DNA of 64,000 bases, from assembly GCA_963667175.2 (NCBI GenBank), contig CAXXXF010000001.1, positions 1-64,000 of the forward strand, in the 5' to 3' direction. Origin of the DNA: Candidatus Latescibacterota bacterium (lineage in GTDB: Bacteria; Latescibacterota; UBA2968; GCA-2709665). Positions within the stretch are counted from its first letter, which is position 1. Every line of letters starts with the position of its first letter. Below are positions 28,916 to 40,048 of this stretch, in pieces. A program made the translations under genes and the position numbers. The notes beneath the pieces were generated by a model. It searched no databases. It was not told where the DNA came from and saw nothing but the letters and a program-made list of their open reading frames with translations.

Positions 28916-30838
28916 TCACTCCGACCCGCCCGTCGACGTCCGGTGCAGGTCCGGGTCCTCCACGGCCTCGTAGATCACGCCGCCCTCGACGTTGCGCGGC
29001 ATGGGCGCCCCGGTGAGATAGCAGACGGTGGGCGCCACGTCGATGACGCGCACCTGGCGCTCGAGCGGTCCCGCCGACCGCACGCCCGCGCCCGCGGCGA
29101 TGAAGGTCGAGTGCTGGCCGGCCATGCCGAAGGCCACCGAGGGCAATTGCTTGCCGTGTGCGCCGTCGAACTCAGGGCGCAGCGCGTACACCACGTCGCC
29201 CACGCGGTCCGACCACAGGTTTACCATCTCCGCGTCCTCCCGGGTCAGGGCGAGGGCGAAGGTCCGCCGCCCCGTCTCCGGGTCCCTGTGGTCGTACAGC
29301 GCCTGGATGATATCCTTGCACACGTTGTCATAGTCCGCGGGATCGACGATGCCGCCGGGCTCCCGCCCCTTCAGGTTTACGAAGATGTGCACCAGACCCA
29401 CGTCCGCCGCCCGGGTGCGCGTCCAGTCGATGCGCCGGTCGGGGCCGTCGCCCTCGTACTTCAGGAACCCGGCCTGCTCCAGCACCGAGGCGACGTTGAC
29501 GACGGTGTGCTGCTGAGAAGTACCGCCGTGGTCTGAGACCACGAAGAAGGCCGTGTCGTCCCCGGCCAGCCGGCGCAGGCGGCCGATCCAGCGGTCGATG
29601 GAGGCGTAGGTACGCTCCACGCCTTCCCGGCAGCGCCGCTGTACCTCCGGCGGCGCCCCTGAGTGGGGATCGGCGGCGCGCAGGAAGAAGTGGCTCGTAT
29701 AGTCCGAGGCGTGGGTCTCCGTCATCAGCAGGTCCCAGTCGCGTGAGCCGGCCAGATACTCCGCCACGTCGGCCAGGCGCTGGTGGTGGAACTCGAGCAG
29801 TTCGAAGTAGGTGTTGTCGTCGATCAGGCCCAGGGCGTCGCGGCCCGGGTTCTGCAGGAAGTTGCCCACGTGCCGGTCGATTTCGCCGGCTACGGACGGG
29901 GGCTTCGTGTACCCGTCGGGCGGCCAGATCTGGGGGATGAACAGCTCGAAGGCGTCTGCCCCGGGCGTCAGCGTGATCAGCTTCGCCCGCACGTACCCAC
30001 TCACCTTCCCGCCGTCGATCTCGAAGGGGTCCAGCCACCAGTCGCTCCAATCCCCTACCGCCAGATCGGCGAGCGGTTGGGAGGCGTCCTTCGACCGGCA
30101 CAGACGCACCCGGTCGTAGCCATTTGCGCCGCTGGCGTAGATCAGCGCGTACAGCGGCACGGGGACGCCCTTACTCCCCCGGTTCATGCCCTCGCGGCCC
30201 CTCGCCAGGGGTTGGATGGCGAGGACCGCCTCCTTCAGGGGCCGCCCGGACTCGGGCACTCCGGTCCATCCTCTGGCGTCAACCAGGGTCACGGGGTCGA
30301 ACTCGCGCACCCCCTGCAGGGCGCTCGGGTCCAGGGTCTCCGGGTCGCGCTGGGCCTCGAGCCGCCTCGGCGCCCACTTGCCTCCGACGAAGAGGTGATA
30401 GCCCGCCACCTGGTGGTGGTTGGAAACGCCGGGGCCCGTGCCCTCCACCTGCACCCCGGAGCGGACCGTGGGCGGCCACGACATCTCCCACTTCACCAGG
30501 ATCGGCGTCTTACCGCCGCGCTCGAAGGCGTTCCAGATGTACTCCGAGCGAGACAGGGAGGTGTCGATGCCCCAGAGTGTGCGGTCCAGCGGCTGGCCCA
30601 CGTGTCGGATGTTAAAGTCCAGAATCCCGTGGGTTCCCGGCCACGAGCCAGTGGACAGGGCCGTCCAGCCCGGCGGCGTGAGCGTGGGAAAGACGCCGAC
30701 CATGGGCCGCCAGACGCCCGCCTCCATCAGCGCGCGCACGTTGGGCATGTGGCCGGCGTCGGCCATGTTCTTCACGATTTCCATGCTGGCGCCGTCCATT
30801 CCGGCGATGATGGCGCGTCTCGCGGGAGCCGTACTCAT
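28916..30838 (-). CDS. Alkaline phosphatase superfamily / nucleotide pyrophosphatase-type protein
   Basis: GMDGA, PT.TPP.WT...TG..PG.HGI, VVSDHG, IDVAPT. Confidence 0.9.
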   Translation of the reverse strand: MSTAPARRAIIAGMDGASMEIVKNMADAGHMPNVRALMEAGVWRPMVGVFPTLTPPGWTALSTGSWPGTHGILDFNIRHVGQPLDRTLWGIDTSLSRSEYIWNAFERGGKTPILVKWEMSWPPTVRSGVQVEGTGPGVSNHHQVAGYHLFVGGKWAPRRLEAQRDPETLDPSALQGVREFDPVTLVDARGWTGVPESGRPLKEAVLAIQPLARGREGMNRGSKGVPVPLYALIYASGANGYDRVRLCRSKDASQPLADLAVGDWSDWWLDPFEIDGGKVSGYVRAKLITLTPGADAFELFIPQIWPPDGYTKPPSVAGEIDRHVGNFLQNPGRDALGLIDDNTYFELLEFHHQRLADVAEYLAGSRDWDLLMTETHASDYTSHFFLRAADPHSGAPPEVQRRCREGVERTYASIDRWIGRLRRLAGDDTAFFVVSDHGGTSQQHTVVNVASVLEQAGFLKYEGDGPDRRIDWTRTRAADVGLVHIFVNLKGREPGGIVDPADYDNVCKDIIQALYDHRDPETGRRTFALALTREDAEMVNLWSDRVGDVVYALRPEFDGAHGKQLPSVAFGMAGQHSTFIAAGAGVRSAGPLERQVRVIDVAPTVCYLTGAPMPRNVEGGVIYEAVEDPDLHRTSTGGSE

Positions 30839-30893
30839 GAGATCTCTCCTGATGTCTAGATGAAGTGGCTGGCGGCGAAGCGGGTGGAACTCC

Positions 30894-31964
30894 CTACGGA
30901 AGGCGCGGGATGACCTCTTTCGCCATCAACTCCATCGAGCGCTTCATCTTCGCCTTGTCATCCCAGTCGTGGCCGATCATCAGCACCGTGCCGAAACCGC
31001 CGGTGACGTCGTACAGATCCCGCAGGCGCCGGGTCACGGTTTCGGGACTGCCGACGATGGCGATTTCATCGATGAAGTATTCGCGTGAAATGTCCGCGTC
31101 GGACATCGCGGGGTCTTTCTTCGGCAGGTCCAGCATATTGGCGATTTCGAGCATGCCGCGAAGGTACATCAGCGAATCGGCGAAGGCGCCGCCCAGCGCG
31201 TGCTCGCGAGCCTTGGCATCGGTCTCGCCCACGCAGATGCTCCGCGAAATCCGCCAGTCGCTCCGGTCCGGTTTCCGCCGCCCCGCGTCCGCGGCCCCGT
31301 CACAGATCATCTCCCAATGCCGTTTGATCTTTTGCGGAGGCGCCATATTGATGCTGATGGGCAGGAACCCGCGCCTGCCAGCCGTGGTAGCCGCCATCGA
31401 CTCTTCCTTGACGATGCTCATGGCGATGGGCGGATGGGGCTTCTGATACGGCTTCAATACCTCCCCCAACCCGAGTTCCGGGACCTTCTCCGCCATCGCG
31501 ACGTTCCAGAAATTGCCGTTGAACTCGAACGGACCGTCTTCGGTCCAGAGTTTCAGGACGATGTCCATCGCCTCCAAATTCATCAGCCCCTGGGTGCGCG
31601 GGTCCGGCAGGTCGAACAGCGGCCAGTCGGTCGGCACGCCCCCCTGTCCGAAGCCGACGTTGATGCGCCCTCGGGACAGGTGATCGAGGTAAGCGAGACG
31701 GACCGCCACGTTCGCCGGATGATGTTGGGTCATGATGGTGACGCCCGTGCCCAGTCGGATGTTCTCCGTCTGCGGAAGGACGTGGGCGATGAAGACGTCG
31801 TTGGCGGGAATCGGCTCCCACGTCGCGGTATGGTGCTGGCCGATCCAGGCCTCGGCAAATCCGAGCTCCTCGGCCCACAGCACGCACTCGATATCTTCTT
31901 CGAACGTCTGCGTTCGATTCTTTTGCGGCGGATGCAGCGGCATCATGAACGTCCCGAGATTCAT
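30894..31964 (-). CDS. Luciferase-like (LLM) flavin-dependent monooxygenase
   Basis: FMMP.HPP, AE.LGF.EAWIG.H, IRLGTGV, HP..VA.R.A.LDHLS.GR, PYQ.PHPP. Confidence 0.9.
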   Translation of the reverse strand: MNLGTFMMPLHPPQKNRTQTFEEDIECVLWAEELGFAEAWIGQHHTATWEPIPANDVFIAHVLPQTENIRLGTGVTIMTQHHPANVAVRLAYLDHLSRGRINVGFGQGGVPTDWPLFDLPDPRTQGLMNLEAMDIVLKLWTEDGPFEFNGNFWNVAMAEKVPELGLGEVLKPYQKPHPPIAMSIVKEESMAATTAGRRGFLPISINMAPPQKIKRHWEMICDGAADAGRRKPDRSDWRISRSICVGETDAKAREHALGGAFADSLMYLRGMLEIANMLDLPKKDPAMSDADISREYFIDEIAIVGSPETVTRRLRDLYDVTGGFGTVLMIGHDWDDKAKMKRSMELMAKEVIPRLP

Positions 31965-32065
31965 TTTCCGTTCTCCCGAACCGTTTGTAATGAATCGTCT
32001 CTCTTCGTCGTCTTCTTCATTCACGACCCGAAACATGCCTGTTTTTGCTTTCGCTGTCGCCCGGC

Positions 32066-32959
32066 TTACCGTTGGTCCTCTTTGATCGTGTCATTTCCCG
32101 GCTTCCGCAGGCTCTCGAAAACCGCGGCTGACAGGATGATCAGGCCGCCGATGATTTCCCTGTCCGACGGGATGGCTCCCAGCAGGATGATCGCGATGAT
32201 CACGCCGTAGACCGTTTCCAGCGCGAGCGTGACGCCGACAACCTTCCCGGAAAGGTGACGCTGGCTGTTGACGAACAGAATCCTTGCGAATCCAGTCAAC
32301 ACCACCCCAAGCGCCACCACGAGCAGGAGGTCCCTGGTACCGGGCAATTCGAAAAGGGTTTCATTGTAAATCAGAAACGGGAGGAGGAGCAGGCCCGCGA
32401 TGCCCATTTCATACGCGGAAATGTCCCAGCTATTGTACCTGTCGATGATCCGTTTCTTGCGTATCAGGATGAAGAGCGGGAGCATGGCGCCAGAGGCCAC
32501 GCCGTACAGAACTCCCTGAAAATTCGCATCGGACAGATCGAAACCGGGCGCCAGGCAGTAGACCCCGATCAGAACCGCGACCGCACTGGCGAAGTCGACT
32601 GCCCGCAGTCTGACGTTGAAGAACATGCTTTCGAGGAACACCATCAGCACCGGGTAGGTATACGTGGTCACCAGGCCGATTGCGACGGTCGAGACCCTGA
32701 TCGACTGGAAAAAGAGCACCCAGTGGACCGAAAGCAGGACGGCGATCGCCGAAAAGGTCGCGAGGTCGTTCCAACTCTTGATCGGGCTGCGGCTCTTCAG
32801 ACGCCTGGCGATGACGAAAATGACGATCGCCGCCAGAGACGTCCGCCAAAACACGATCTCATATGGATCGAGCTCGACCGCCTTTCCGAGCGGCGCGATG
32901 AATCCATACAGGAGCGTCGCAACGTGCACCTCAATGAGCGCACGCGACCTATGGGTCAT
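32066..32959 (-). CDS. DMT/EamA family transporter
   Basis: About 10 hydrophobic segments, HW..FF.SI..STVAI, E.VYG. Confidence 0.9.
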   Translation of the reverse strand: MTHRSRALIEVHVATLLYGFIAPLGKAVELDPYEIVFWRTSLAAIVIFVIARRLKSRSPIKSWNDLATFSAIAVLLSVHWVLFFQSIRVSTVAIGLVTTYTYPVLMVFLESMFFNVRLRAVDFASAVAVLIGVYCLAPGFDLSDANFQGVLYGVASGAMLPLFILIRKKRIIDRYNSWDISAYEMGIAGLLLLPFLIYNETLFELPGTRDLLLVVALGVVLTGFARILFVNSQRHLSGKVVGVTLALETVYGVIIAIILLGAIPSDREIIGGLIILSAAVFESLRKPGNDTIKEDQR

Positions 32960-33521
32960 CTGTCGATCCTGCCTCGACGATAATTCCCTGGGAATACCCG
33001 TCATCGCGTACTCCAGGGATAGCCGGACGGTCGTGTATTTGCATATCCGCGTTCAGGCGGGATCCCTTTTTCTTCAAAGTATACCTGACCTCCTCGTAAC
33101 CGTCCTTCAATTCGACTTCCCCTCTCTTCCAGCCGAGATGTTCATAGAACCCCTCGGCGCGGGTGTTCGTTTCGGTTTCCAGCCAGATTTCCTCGACGCC
33201 AAACTGCCATAGCCAGTCAACCGCGGCGTCCATCAATCTCCGGCCGATCCCGCGGCCTTCGTATGCCTGCCGAACGAAGAGAGCCCAGATCAACCCGGAA
33301 TCGGCATTCGCGATACAGAAACCGACGGTCCGGTCGACCGCATCCGCGACCCAGCACCTGCCGTCAGTCCGCATAAAGGTGGCGGCGCGCTCAGGCGTGA
33401 TCCCGGACGCGTCCAGTTCAGCAGCCGTCATCGCGTTTTCCGTCGTCGCCGTGCGAATCTCAAAGATAGCGGGAATATCGCCTGTATTGGCCTCGCGGAT
33501 GACAATCGCATTCGTCGTCAA
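32949..33521 (-). CDS. GNAT acetyltransferase
   Basis: IWALFV...YEGRGIG, TRAE.FY...GW. Confidence 0.85.
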   Translation of the reverse strand: MTTNAIVIREANTGDIPAIFEIRTATTENAMTAAELDASGITPERAATFMRTDGRCWVADAVDRTVGFCIANADSGLIWALFVRQAYEGRGIGRRLMDAAVDWLWQFGVEEIWLETETNTRAEGFYEHLGWKRGEVELKDGYEEVRYTLKKKGSRLNADMQIHDRPAIPGVRDDGYSQGIIVEAGSTDDP

Positions 33522-33558
33522 GTCGATGTTCCTGTTTGGAATACCCCTTTGCCTCCGT

Positions 33559-33724
33559 TAGCAGCCCATTGAAAAAGCCCATCCGGGCTGCGTCCGGCCC
33601 TTGTGACCGAAATACGGCGTTGCGCTCCCTCCCCGAATCCAGGGATGCGCGTCGGTCGCGCGCCTTGTCTTCGGCCACAATGACTCGGCCTCGCCTGCAG
33701 AGCGACTTTTTCAACGGACTGTTA
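33559..33724. mobile_element. MITE family A, uninterrupted 166-bp copy
   Basis: TIRs TAGCAGCCCATTGAAAAAG / CTTTTTCAACGGACTGTTA; no coding capacity. Confidence 0.85.
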
Positions 33725-33936
33725 GACTCCTTCCACACAGGCCTTCACGACACCAACACTTTTTCCCCATAATCCTGCAGCAAACTGGCATTCAGTTTGC
33801 CCGGTTTCCATTCTTCCTCCGTGCCGATCTCTTCAGCATGTCTTCCCTGCAATATCAGCGAAATCCTTGACTTCGATGAGGTTTTTGTTGTACTTTTAAT
33901 TGTCACGTTTGGACCAGTCCGAAAAGGAGAATTACG

Positions 33937-34161
33937 ATGTCAGATCCGTCTGTTCTGAATGAGTTGGAAAAAAACATCAGTCGTCTGACGCTCGATGAGC
34001 AGTTGCAGCTTATTGAGAGGGTGAGTCACCGAATACGCGCTGACGTCATGGCGAAAACTGATTTAGATGCTGAACTAAGCGAAATGGCCGCCGATCCAGA
34101 GATTCAAAAGGAACTTCGGGAAATCGAGATTGAAATCTCGGCAAGTAACAGGACGACCTGA
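33937..34161 (+). CDS. Small acidic protein, probable orphan antitoxin
   Basis: AAGGAG RBS; L..EQL.LIE and L..MA.DPEIQ.EL..I pattern; no toxin follows. Confidence 0.6.
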   Translation: MSDPSVLNELEKNISRLTLDEQLQLIERVSHRIRADVMAKTDLDAELSEMAADPEIQKELREIEIEISASNRTT

Positions 34162-34231
34162 ATGACTTGCGGCAATTGAACGTGACCGGTTCGCCTCTTT
34201 TCTGCTCGTTTCTTTCCCGCCGATCCCCCAT

Positions 34232-34891
34232 TCAGCTGTATATCCCAATCGTCAGTCTCCTTACTTTTGCCGACGCTTCCCCATCCGCGAGCAGGGCCGT
34301 CCGGATTGCGGGAGCCAACACCTGGTCTGACGGAAAGCCCTCCGGGCCGCAGGAGACGTACGAATATCCCAGGTGCGCCTGGGCGGTTCCGGACTCGCTG
34401 TTTGCAATGACGGCCAGGTCCATGTCCTCGATCACCGTCCCGTCGCCGGAAATCTGGCCGTCGCCGCCTTCGGCGAAGAGGACCCTCTCACCATCCGAGT
34501 TCCCGTCCCGCAGCAGAAGCCGCACGCGGCCCTCCTCCGCCACGCCGGCATCGCCCGGTACCGCTCCCAACTGTATCGCCGAGTTTCCCTCCGGGTGAGA
34601 TCCGAGGCCCAGGGTCAATTCCGCCGGCCCCGCCACGGTCACCCCAATCGCCTCCAATTCCAGCACCTTCACCACCGACATGCTCAGCGGCGCTCCCCGG
34701 AGGGTCACGCCGTCGCCAACGCTTCCCATCGCGATCATCTCGTAATGGCTTCCGTAGACATCCGTATAGTTATGCGTCGAAGCCGTGGACGATCCGGTAA
34801 GCGATTCGCACATCCAGTCGGGGCGGCCATGGGTGAAGTTGACTTCCTCGACCTCCACGTGATACGTCGTTCGCAACAATCGTCGGTTCAT
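34232..34891 (-). CDS. Hypothetical protein
   Basis: 219-aa ORF with GGAG RBS, co-oriented with neighbours. Confidence 0.6.
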   Translation of the reverse strand: MNRRLLRTTYHVEVEEVNFTHGRPDWMCESLTGSSTASTHNYTDVYGSHYEMIAMGSVGDGVTLRGAPLSMSVVKVLELEAIGVTVAGPAELTLGLGSHPEGNSAIQLGAVPGDAGVAEEGRVRLLLRDGNSDGERVLFAEGGDGQISGDGTVIEDMDLAVIANSESGTAQAHLGYSYVSCGPEGFPSDQVLAPAIRTALLADGEASAKVRRLTIGIYS

Positions 34892-34946
34892 GGTTTATCT
34901 CCCGCCATGCTATTGTCCGAATTCGAAAGGCGCGGTTTTCCGATCT

Positions 34947-35858
34947 CTACTTCCACTCGATGACTGCCGCGTTGATCCCGCCGCAGAGCAGGTAGAGCCT
35001 GCCCTCGTGGAACACCGGGAAGGGCCAGTGTCCGGAATCCAGGATGCACCCCATATCCTCGTAGGGTCCCGTCACGTCGAAGCCTTCAGAAAGCGCGCCG
35101 GAAAGCCCTCGATCATCGTTGAAGAGCATCAGCCAGCGGCCCCATAAACGGACGAGGATCGACGCGAACGGACCCCGGCTGCCCGGCGTATTCCCCATCA
35201 GCGGCTTCTTCGACAGCCGCCAGTGGATCCCGTCGTCGCTCAACGCCAGGCCGGCCACGGTCGTCACGCCGTCCGCCTGCGCGTTCCACCCGAGCCCGTT
35301 TCCCTGGAACGTACCGATGAACATGGGTCCGTCCTTCACCACCCGGACGTAACTCACGCTCTGGCCGTACCAGTGATTCTTGAGGTTGGGATGCGTTGTC
35401 ATGATCGGGAACACCTTCTGCTCGAAATGCACGCCGTCGCTCGACGTGGCCAGCGCCGTCGGCTGTCTGCCGGACGGGTGCACGCCATGGAAGTACATGT
35501 AAACCTCGCCGTTGTGCATCACGGCCGAAGGAGACGAAATGTGCTTCGTAAACGACGTCGCGGAGAGTTCGAGTACGGCCGTGCGCCACGTCCACGGACC
35601 CAGCGGGTGCGCCGCCGTCGCCAGCCAGATTTCGGAGCCGTCGTGCGTCGCGACGTAGGCGTAGTACGCGTCGATCGGGTCCGGAAGTACCCCCGCCGTC
35701 GGTAGAACCGAGATGTACGTCGCGTCCTGCCCCGCGAACTCCTGGTCGTCGGTCGCCGTCAGGACCGGATTCCCCTCGTAATGCGCCGCCTTCGGAAGGT
35801 GGAACGACATCTGTCCCGCCGCGGCCGCCGCCGTGAACTGTGATGGAAAGGTCTTCAT
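34947..35858 (-). CDS. Beta-propeller glycoside-hydrolase-like protein (GH32/43/130 type)
   Basis: NPVL, YY.Y...HDG, GPW, HISSP, YMYFHG, LA.S.DG..F/W repeats. Confidence 0.65.
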   Translation of the reverse strand: MKTFPSQFTAAAAAGQMSFHLPKAAHYEGNPVLTATDDQEFAGQDATYISVLPTAGVLPDPIDAYYAYVATHDGSEIWLATAAHPLGPWTWRTAVLELSATSFTKHISSPSAVMHNGEVYMYFHGVHPSGRQPTALATSSDGVHFEQKVFPIMTTHPNLKNHWYGQSVSYVRVVKDGPMFIGTFQGNGLGWNAQADGVTTVAGLALSDDGIHWRLSKKPLMGNTPGSRGPFASILVRLWGRWLMLFNDDRGLSGALSEGFDVTGPYEDMGCILDSGHWPFPVFHEGRLYLLCGGINAAVIEWK

Positions 35859-35890
35859 AGGATCTCCCTTACTGTATACGTTGTATACGT

Positions 35891-36544
35891 CTACATGCCG
35901 GCGATGCCACCCGATCGAAGGGCGTTGACCAGATCGAGGAACGAAACATAGATCTCACAGTCCGCACCGGCAAATCGAAACCTGTCCTGGTGCCCTTGCA
36001 AAACGACAAGCGGACGGCATCCCACGGCTCGGGCGACCGCCACGTCGTGGTCCGTGTCGCCGATTAATAGCGTCGCGGACGGATCGAGATTGAAATCTTC
36101 AATCAGGTCGCGGCATCTCTGCGCTTTCGACGCAGCCAGTCGATCGGAAAGCCCGTACACGCCTTTGAATCGACCGTGAATCCCGTGCATGCCCACCCAC
36201 GCAACGACCATTTCCTCCTGGGCAGCCGACAATACGAACTGATCGATTCCCTGTTCTTCCAGGTGCTCCAGCGCCTCCGCGATTCCCGGATTCAGTGAAC
36301 ACGATCCGACACCGGATTGGTACACGCTGTGGAATTCATCAGAAATGTCGCCTTGCTTCTCTCTTTCCAGATCGAATCCGAGACTGCGATAGTATTCCGA
36401 TACGGGAAACCGGAAAACCCGTCTGTGCGCCGCTTTGTCAATTGCCGGCAGATTCCTCCTGCACAACACTTCGTTGATCGAGCCTGCCGCCAGTTCCACG
36501 TCGTCCAGTATGGTGCCATTGAAGTCCCAAATGACTGATTTCAT
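35891..36544 (-). CDS. HAD family hydrolase
   Basis: IWDFNGTILDD, LSA, IGDT.HD. Confidence 0.9.
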   Translation of the reverse strand: MKSVIWDFNGTILDDVELAAGSINEVLCRRNLPAIDKAAHRRVFRFPVSEYYRSLGFDLEREKQGDISDEFHSVYQSGVGSCSLNPGIAEALEHLEEQGIDQFVLSAAQEEMVVAWVGMHGIHGRFKGVYGLSDRLAASKAQRCRDLIEDFNLDPSATLLIGDTDHDVAVARAVGCRPLVVLQGHQDRFRFAGADCEIYVSFLDLVNALRSGGIAGM

Positions 36545-36590
36545 GTCACTTTCGAGAATTTAGCCATTTTGATTCATAGAACGAAACTTA

Positions 36591-37348
<758 letters not shown>

Positions 37349-37581
37349 CATGGATGGACAGGATGAAAACCAAAGAGCACGAGAAATGCACGAGAAAACG
37401 AGGAAAACCAAAAAGCGCGAGAAAACGAGTAACGGCGGTGAATCGATTCACCATAGACCGCACGTCATCACTCCCACCACCGAGATCCCTGAACCTTAAC
37501 GGTTTTCCGTATGTCATACTCTGAATATTCAGAAAAACAACAGGTTATTCAAGAAACGGAGAATTTTCGTGAATTATTCAC
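37349..37581 (-). repeat. Non-coding element family C, copy interrupted by the intron
   Basis: GTGAATAATTCACGA, ATAAC..GTTGTTTTTC, GTGATG, AATCGATT, CATCCTGTCCATCCATG colinear with 56129-56370. Confidence 0.7.
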
Positions 37582-37820
37582 TTTAGCTCCCAGGAAAAAC
37601 ACATCCACTCTTTGAACATAATCCCCGCCAGCCAGCCACTCCAGCGGGGATTTGTACACGCAGCAGATTAATTCGAACTTAGCCAGTTATAGAGTTCTGC
37701 TCCGACAATTCGTCGTCACTCTTTCGCCTGGATGCGCGGTGCCCGGTGCAGAAGCCAGGCCGATTCGATATTTCTGACCGCTGTGTATGGGCAGTTTAAT
37801 CGGAGCTTGTCGAAGGGGGG

Positions 37821-37988
37821 CTACTTGCAAGACTCGTCGGTAGATTTCTTCGGGGCAATTCCCCGATCAGAACGCAGATGGTCGACGAACTCGCCAAAGC
37901 GCTTCCGGTCAGGTCCCACCTTCCTCACCCGCAGATTCTTCAAGTCATACTCGGCCCGCATCCCATCCTGCATCGGTACCCTATCCAT
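37821..37988 (-). pseudogene. BrnA-like antitoxin fragment
   Basis: MRAEYDL...RVRK.G..RK.FG N-terminus, then degenerates into a REP-like sequence. Confidence 0.45.
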
Positions 37989-38074
37989 TTTCAAATGCGG
38001 TCTCCCTTTGGTAGGGTCGTCGTCAGTCCACTGAACACACGTTCTGCGCGATTCCGTCTCAAAACGAGAAGCTG

Positions 38075-38251
38075 TCATCCGGCAACTTTGGGCTTCTTCC
38101 CAACGCCGTGCTTCGGATACGTTAGCCTTCCTTTGTGTCTTTTCTCTTTTTCGTGTAGTCGTTCTACAATTCGACGAATATCGTGGTTGCACTCTTTTGC
38201 GATCTGTCGTCGAACTGCGTGAATTTCCTCAACGATAGGGTCCTTCCACAT
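38075..38251 (-). CDS. Small protein of the type usually found beside PIN toxins (orphan here)
   Basis: MWKDPIVEEIH..R...A.....D. Confidence 0.6.
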   Translation of the reverse strand: MWKDPIVEEIHAVRRQIAKECNHDIRRIVERLHEKEKRHKGRLTYPKHGVGKKPKVAG

Positions 38252-38301
38252 AATGCGTTCCTTTTTTTTCATGTTGCCAGGTAACAAAAAGGCGTTGGAT
38301 T

Positions 38302-38446
38302 CCCTCCACCGCATCAGCCATCGCCGGCCCTTCGACAACCCTTCGACAAGCTCAGGACAGCGGCTCAGGGCTCGGCTCGGCTTCTGCCTGCCTGCCGCGC
38401 TCCGCTTGGCGCAGGCAGGCGACTCCCCCCTCAAGGGGGGGGTGAT
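38302..38446. repeat. Repeat family B copy with nested CTTCGACAAGCTCAGG and CCTGCCTGC palindromes
   Basis: Direct comparison with 20987-21096. Confidence 0.85.
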
Positions 38447-38719
38447 TGAACCGTTGAACGGGCGCGCGATTTGACTTGCGTCGATTTGGATGCGGCTGAG
38501 CAAAGCGAAGCCGCGCCAGGCCACCTCGACACGGATAGTGTTACCTATGTGCCCGAACACCTGTTACCGCATGTTCCCGGTCAATGCGGAAATATAGACG
38601 CGAATGCTGATGGCTGCAAGGTCGATTTTCGAAGATTCCTAAATTCGGCGCGGCGAGGAACGCCTGAATCCTGTGTTATTCAGCCGGGATCGTTCGATCC
38701 GGCGTCAGCCGTAGGGCGT

Positions 38720-40045
38720 TCAGTCGCTGCGTCCGATAGCGTCAAGAAGCACTTCGATCCCCTTCTTCAGGATTGGATCTTCAGAATCCCCGCAGTCTGC
38801 TTTCAACGGATCGACAACCACGGATGGGATATACGCGCTTCTGGACGATCCGGCGAACTCTCGAGAGGCTGGGTCTCGCTTCAGCGTGCCGTTGAAGACT
38901 TTCTGCTTGGTACATTGGAACCCGATTCCCGTGTGGGGTATCCGCATCGTGTAGACTGACCCCTCCAGCCCGGCCATTGCCGTTCCCACAACCGTCGCTC
39001 TGCCTAAAGCATCCAGGCTGATTGCCAGCCCCTCCCCGGCGCTTCCCGTCCAGCGGTTCACCAGGATAACGACCGGCTGTTTGTATTGCCACTCCCCTCC
39101 CGGTTCGACCCCGCTCAGAAATGGTCGTCCGCGTCGAGGCACGGTTCGCTGGTACACGCGTTCCCGGTCGATCAAGCGTCCGATAATTCCTTCAACGACT
39201 GCCGTATTGCCGCCGCCGACTCTGCGAAGATCGAGGATCAATCCTCCGGTGTCGCGCAATGCGTCCAGCGCGGCGTCGAAAAGCTCCAGGAGTCGACGGT
39301 CCGCCAGGTCGCCGTTGATGATCACGTAGCCGATGCGGGTTTCGATGGTACGAAATTCGAGCCTTGTCCGGTGGCGTGAATCGTATGCGGCATCAAACGC
39401 TTCGGGCGGGATGGAGACGCGCTTCGTCTCGCCCTGGTATCTGACTCCGATCGTCCTCGTCTGATCCCGATATCCCGCGAGCACCTTTCTCAGCGTCCAG
39501 CCCTTTATTTCGCCATCGACCTGGACGAATGACGCGCCTATCCGTTTTCGGACAGCGTCTTTGATCGAATTGCCGTTAAAGCGAAGTATCTCCATCCCCG
39601 CACACAGACCCGCGGCTTGCGCGGGAAAGCCCGGCCTGACGCCTGTGATTACCGCCTTCCCGTACTTCCATTCAGCCCATATGTCCGTCCGCGACGGGAC
39701 GATGTTCGGAGTAGATGCCGTATGCGTGTTCAGATGGACATGGTCGTCGTACAGCTCCTCCAGGACCGTCTCCATCAACGCGACAAATTCCGACGTCGTG
39801 GCCACTGACCGGACTCTCGGCCTGTAGATCGTCCTGACCCGTTCCCAGTCCGTCTGCTTTTCATCGAAATAGACGTAGTCCGTTCTGAACGTCTCCCAGA
39901 GAAAATCGAAGTCTTCATCATATTGCTCCGCGGTCAGTTCGCCCTTCGCGAACGCGATGGAATAGCTGAGGAAATTGAGCGTCACGATCGCGCAGAATAC
40001 GAACACAAAGAGCATCGCTTGCTGCCTCTTTGAGTAGGATCCCAT
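38720..40045 (-). CDS. S41 family peptidase
   Basis: Signal peptide, L.DDHV, GLILDLR..GGG, TGSAGE, VVGT. Confidence 0.9.
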   Translation of the reverse strand: MGSYSKRQQAMLFVFVFCAIVTLNFLSYSIAFAKGELTAEQYDEDFDFLWETFRTDYVYFDEKQTDWERVRTIYRPRVRSVATTSEFVALMETVLEELYDDHVHLNTHTASTPNIVPSRTDIWAEWKYGKAVITGVRPGFPAQAAGLCAGMEILRFNGNSIKDAVRKRIGASFVQVDGEIKGWTLRKVLAGYRDQTRTIGVRYQGETKRVSIPPEAFDAAYDSRHRTRLEFRTIETRIGYVIINGDLADRRLLELFDAALDALRDTGGLILDLRRVGGGNTAVVEGIIGRLIDRERVYQRTVPRRGRPFLSGVEPGGEWQYKQPVVILVNRWTGSAGEGLAISLDALGRATVVGTAMAGLEGSVYTMRIPHTGIGFQCTKQKVFNGTLKRDPASREFAGSSRSAYIPSVVVDPLKADCGDSEDPILKKGIEVLLDAIGRSD

Positions 40046-40048
40046 GCG

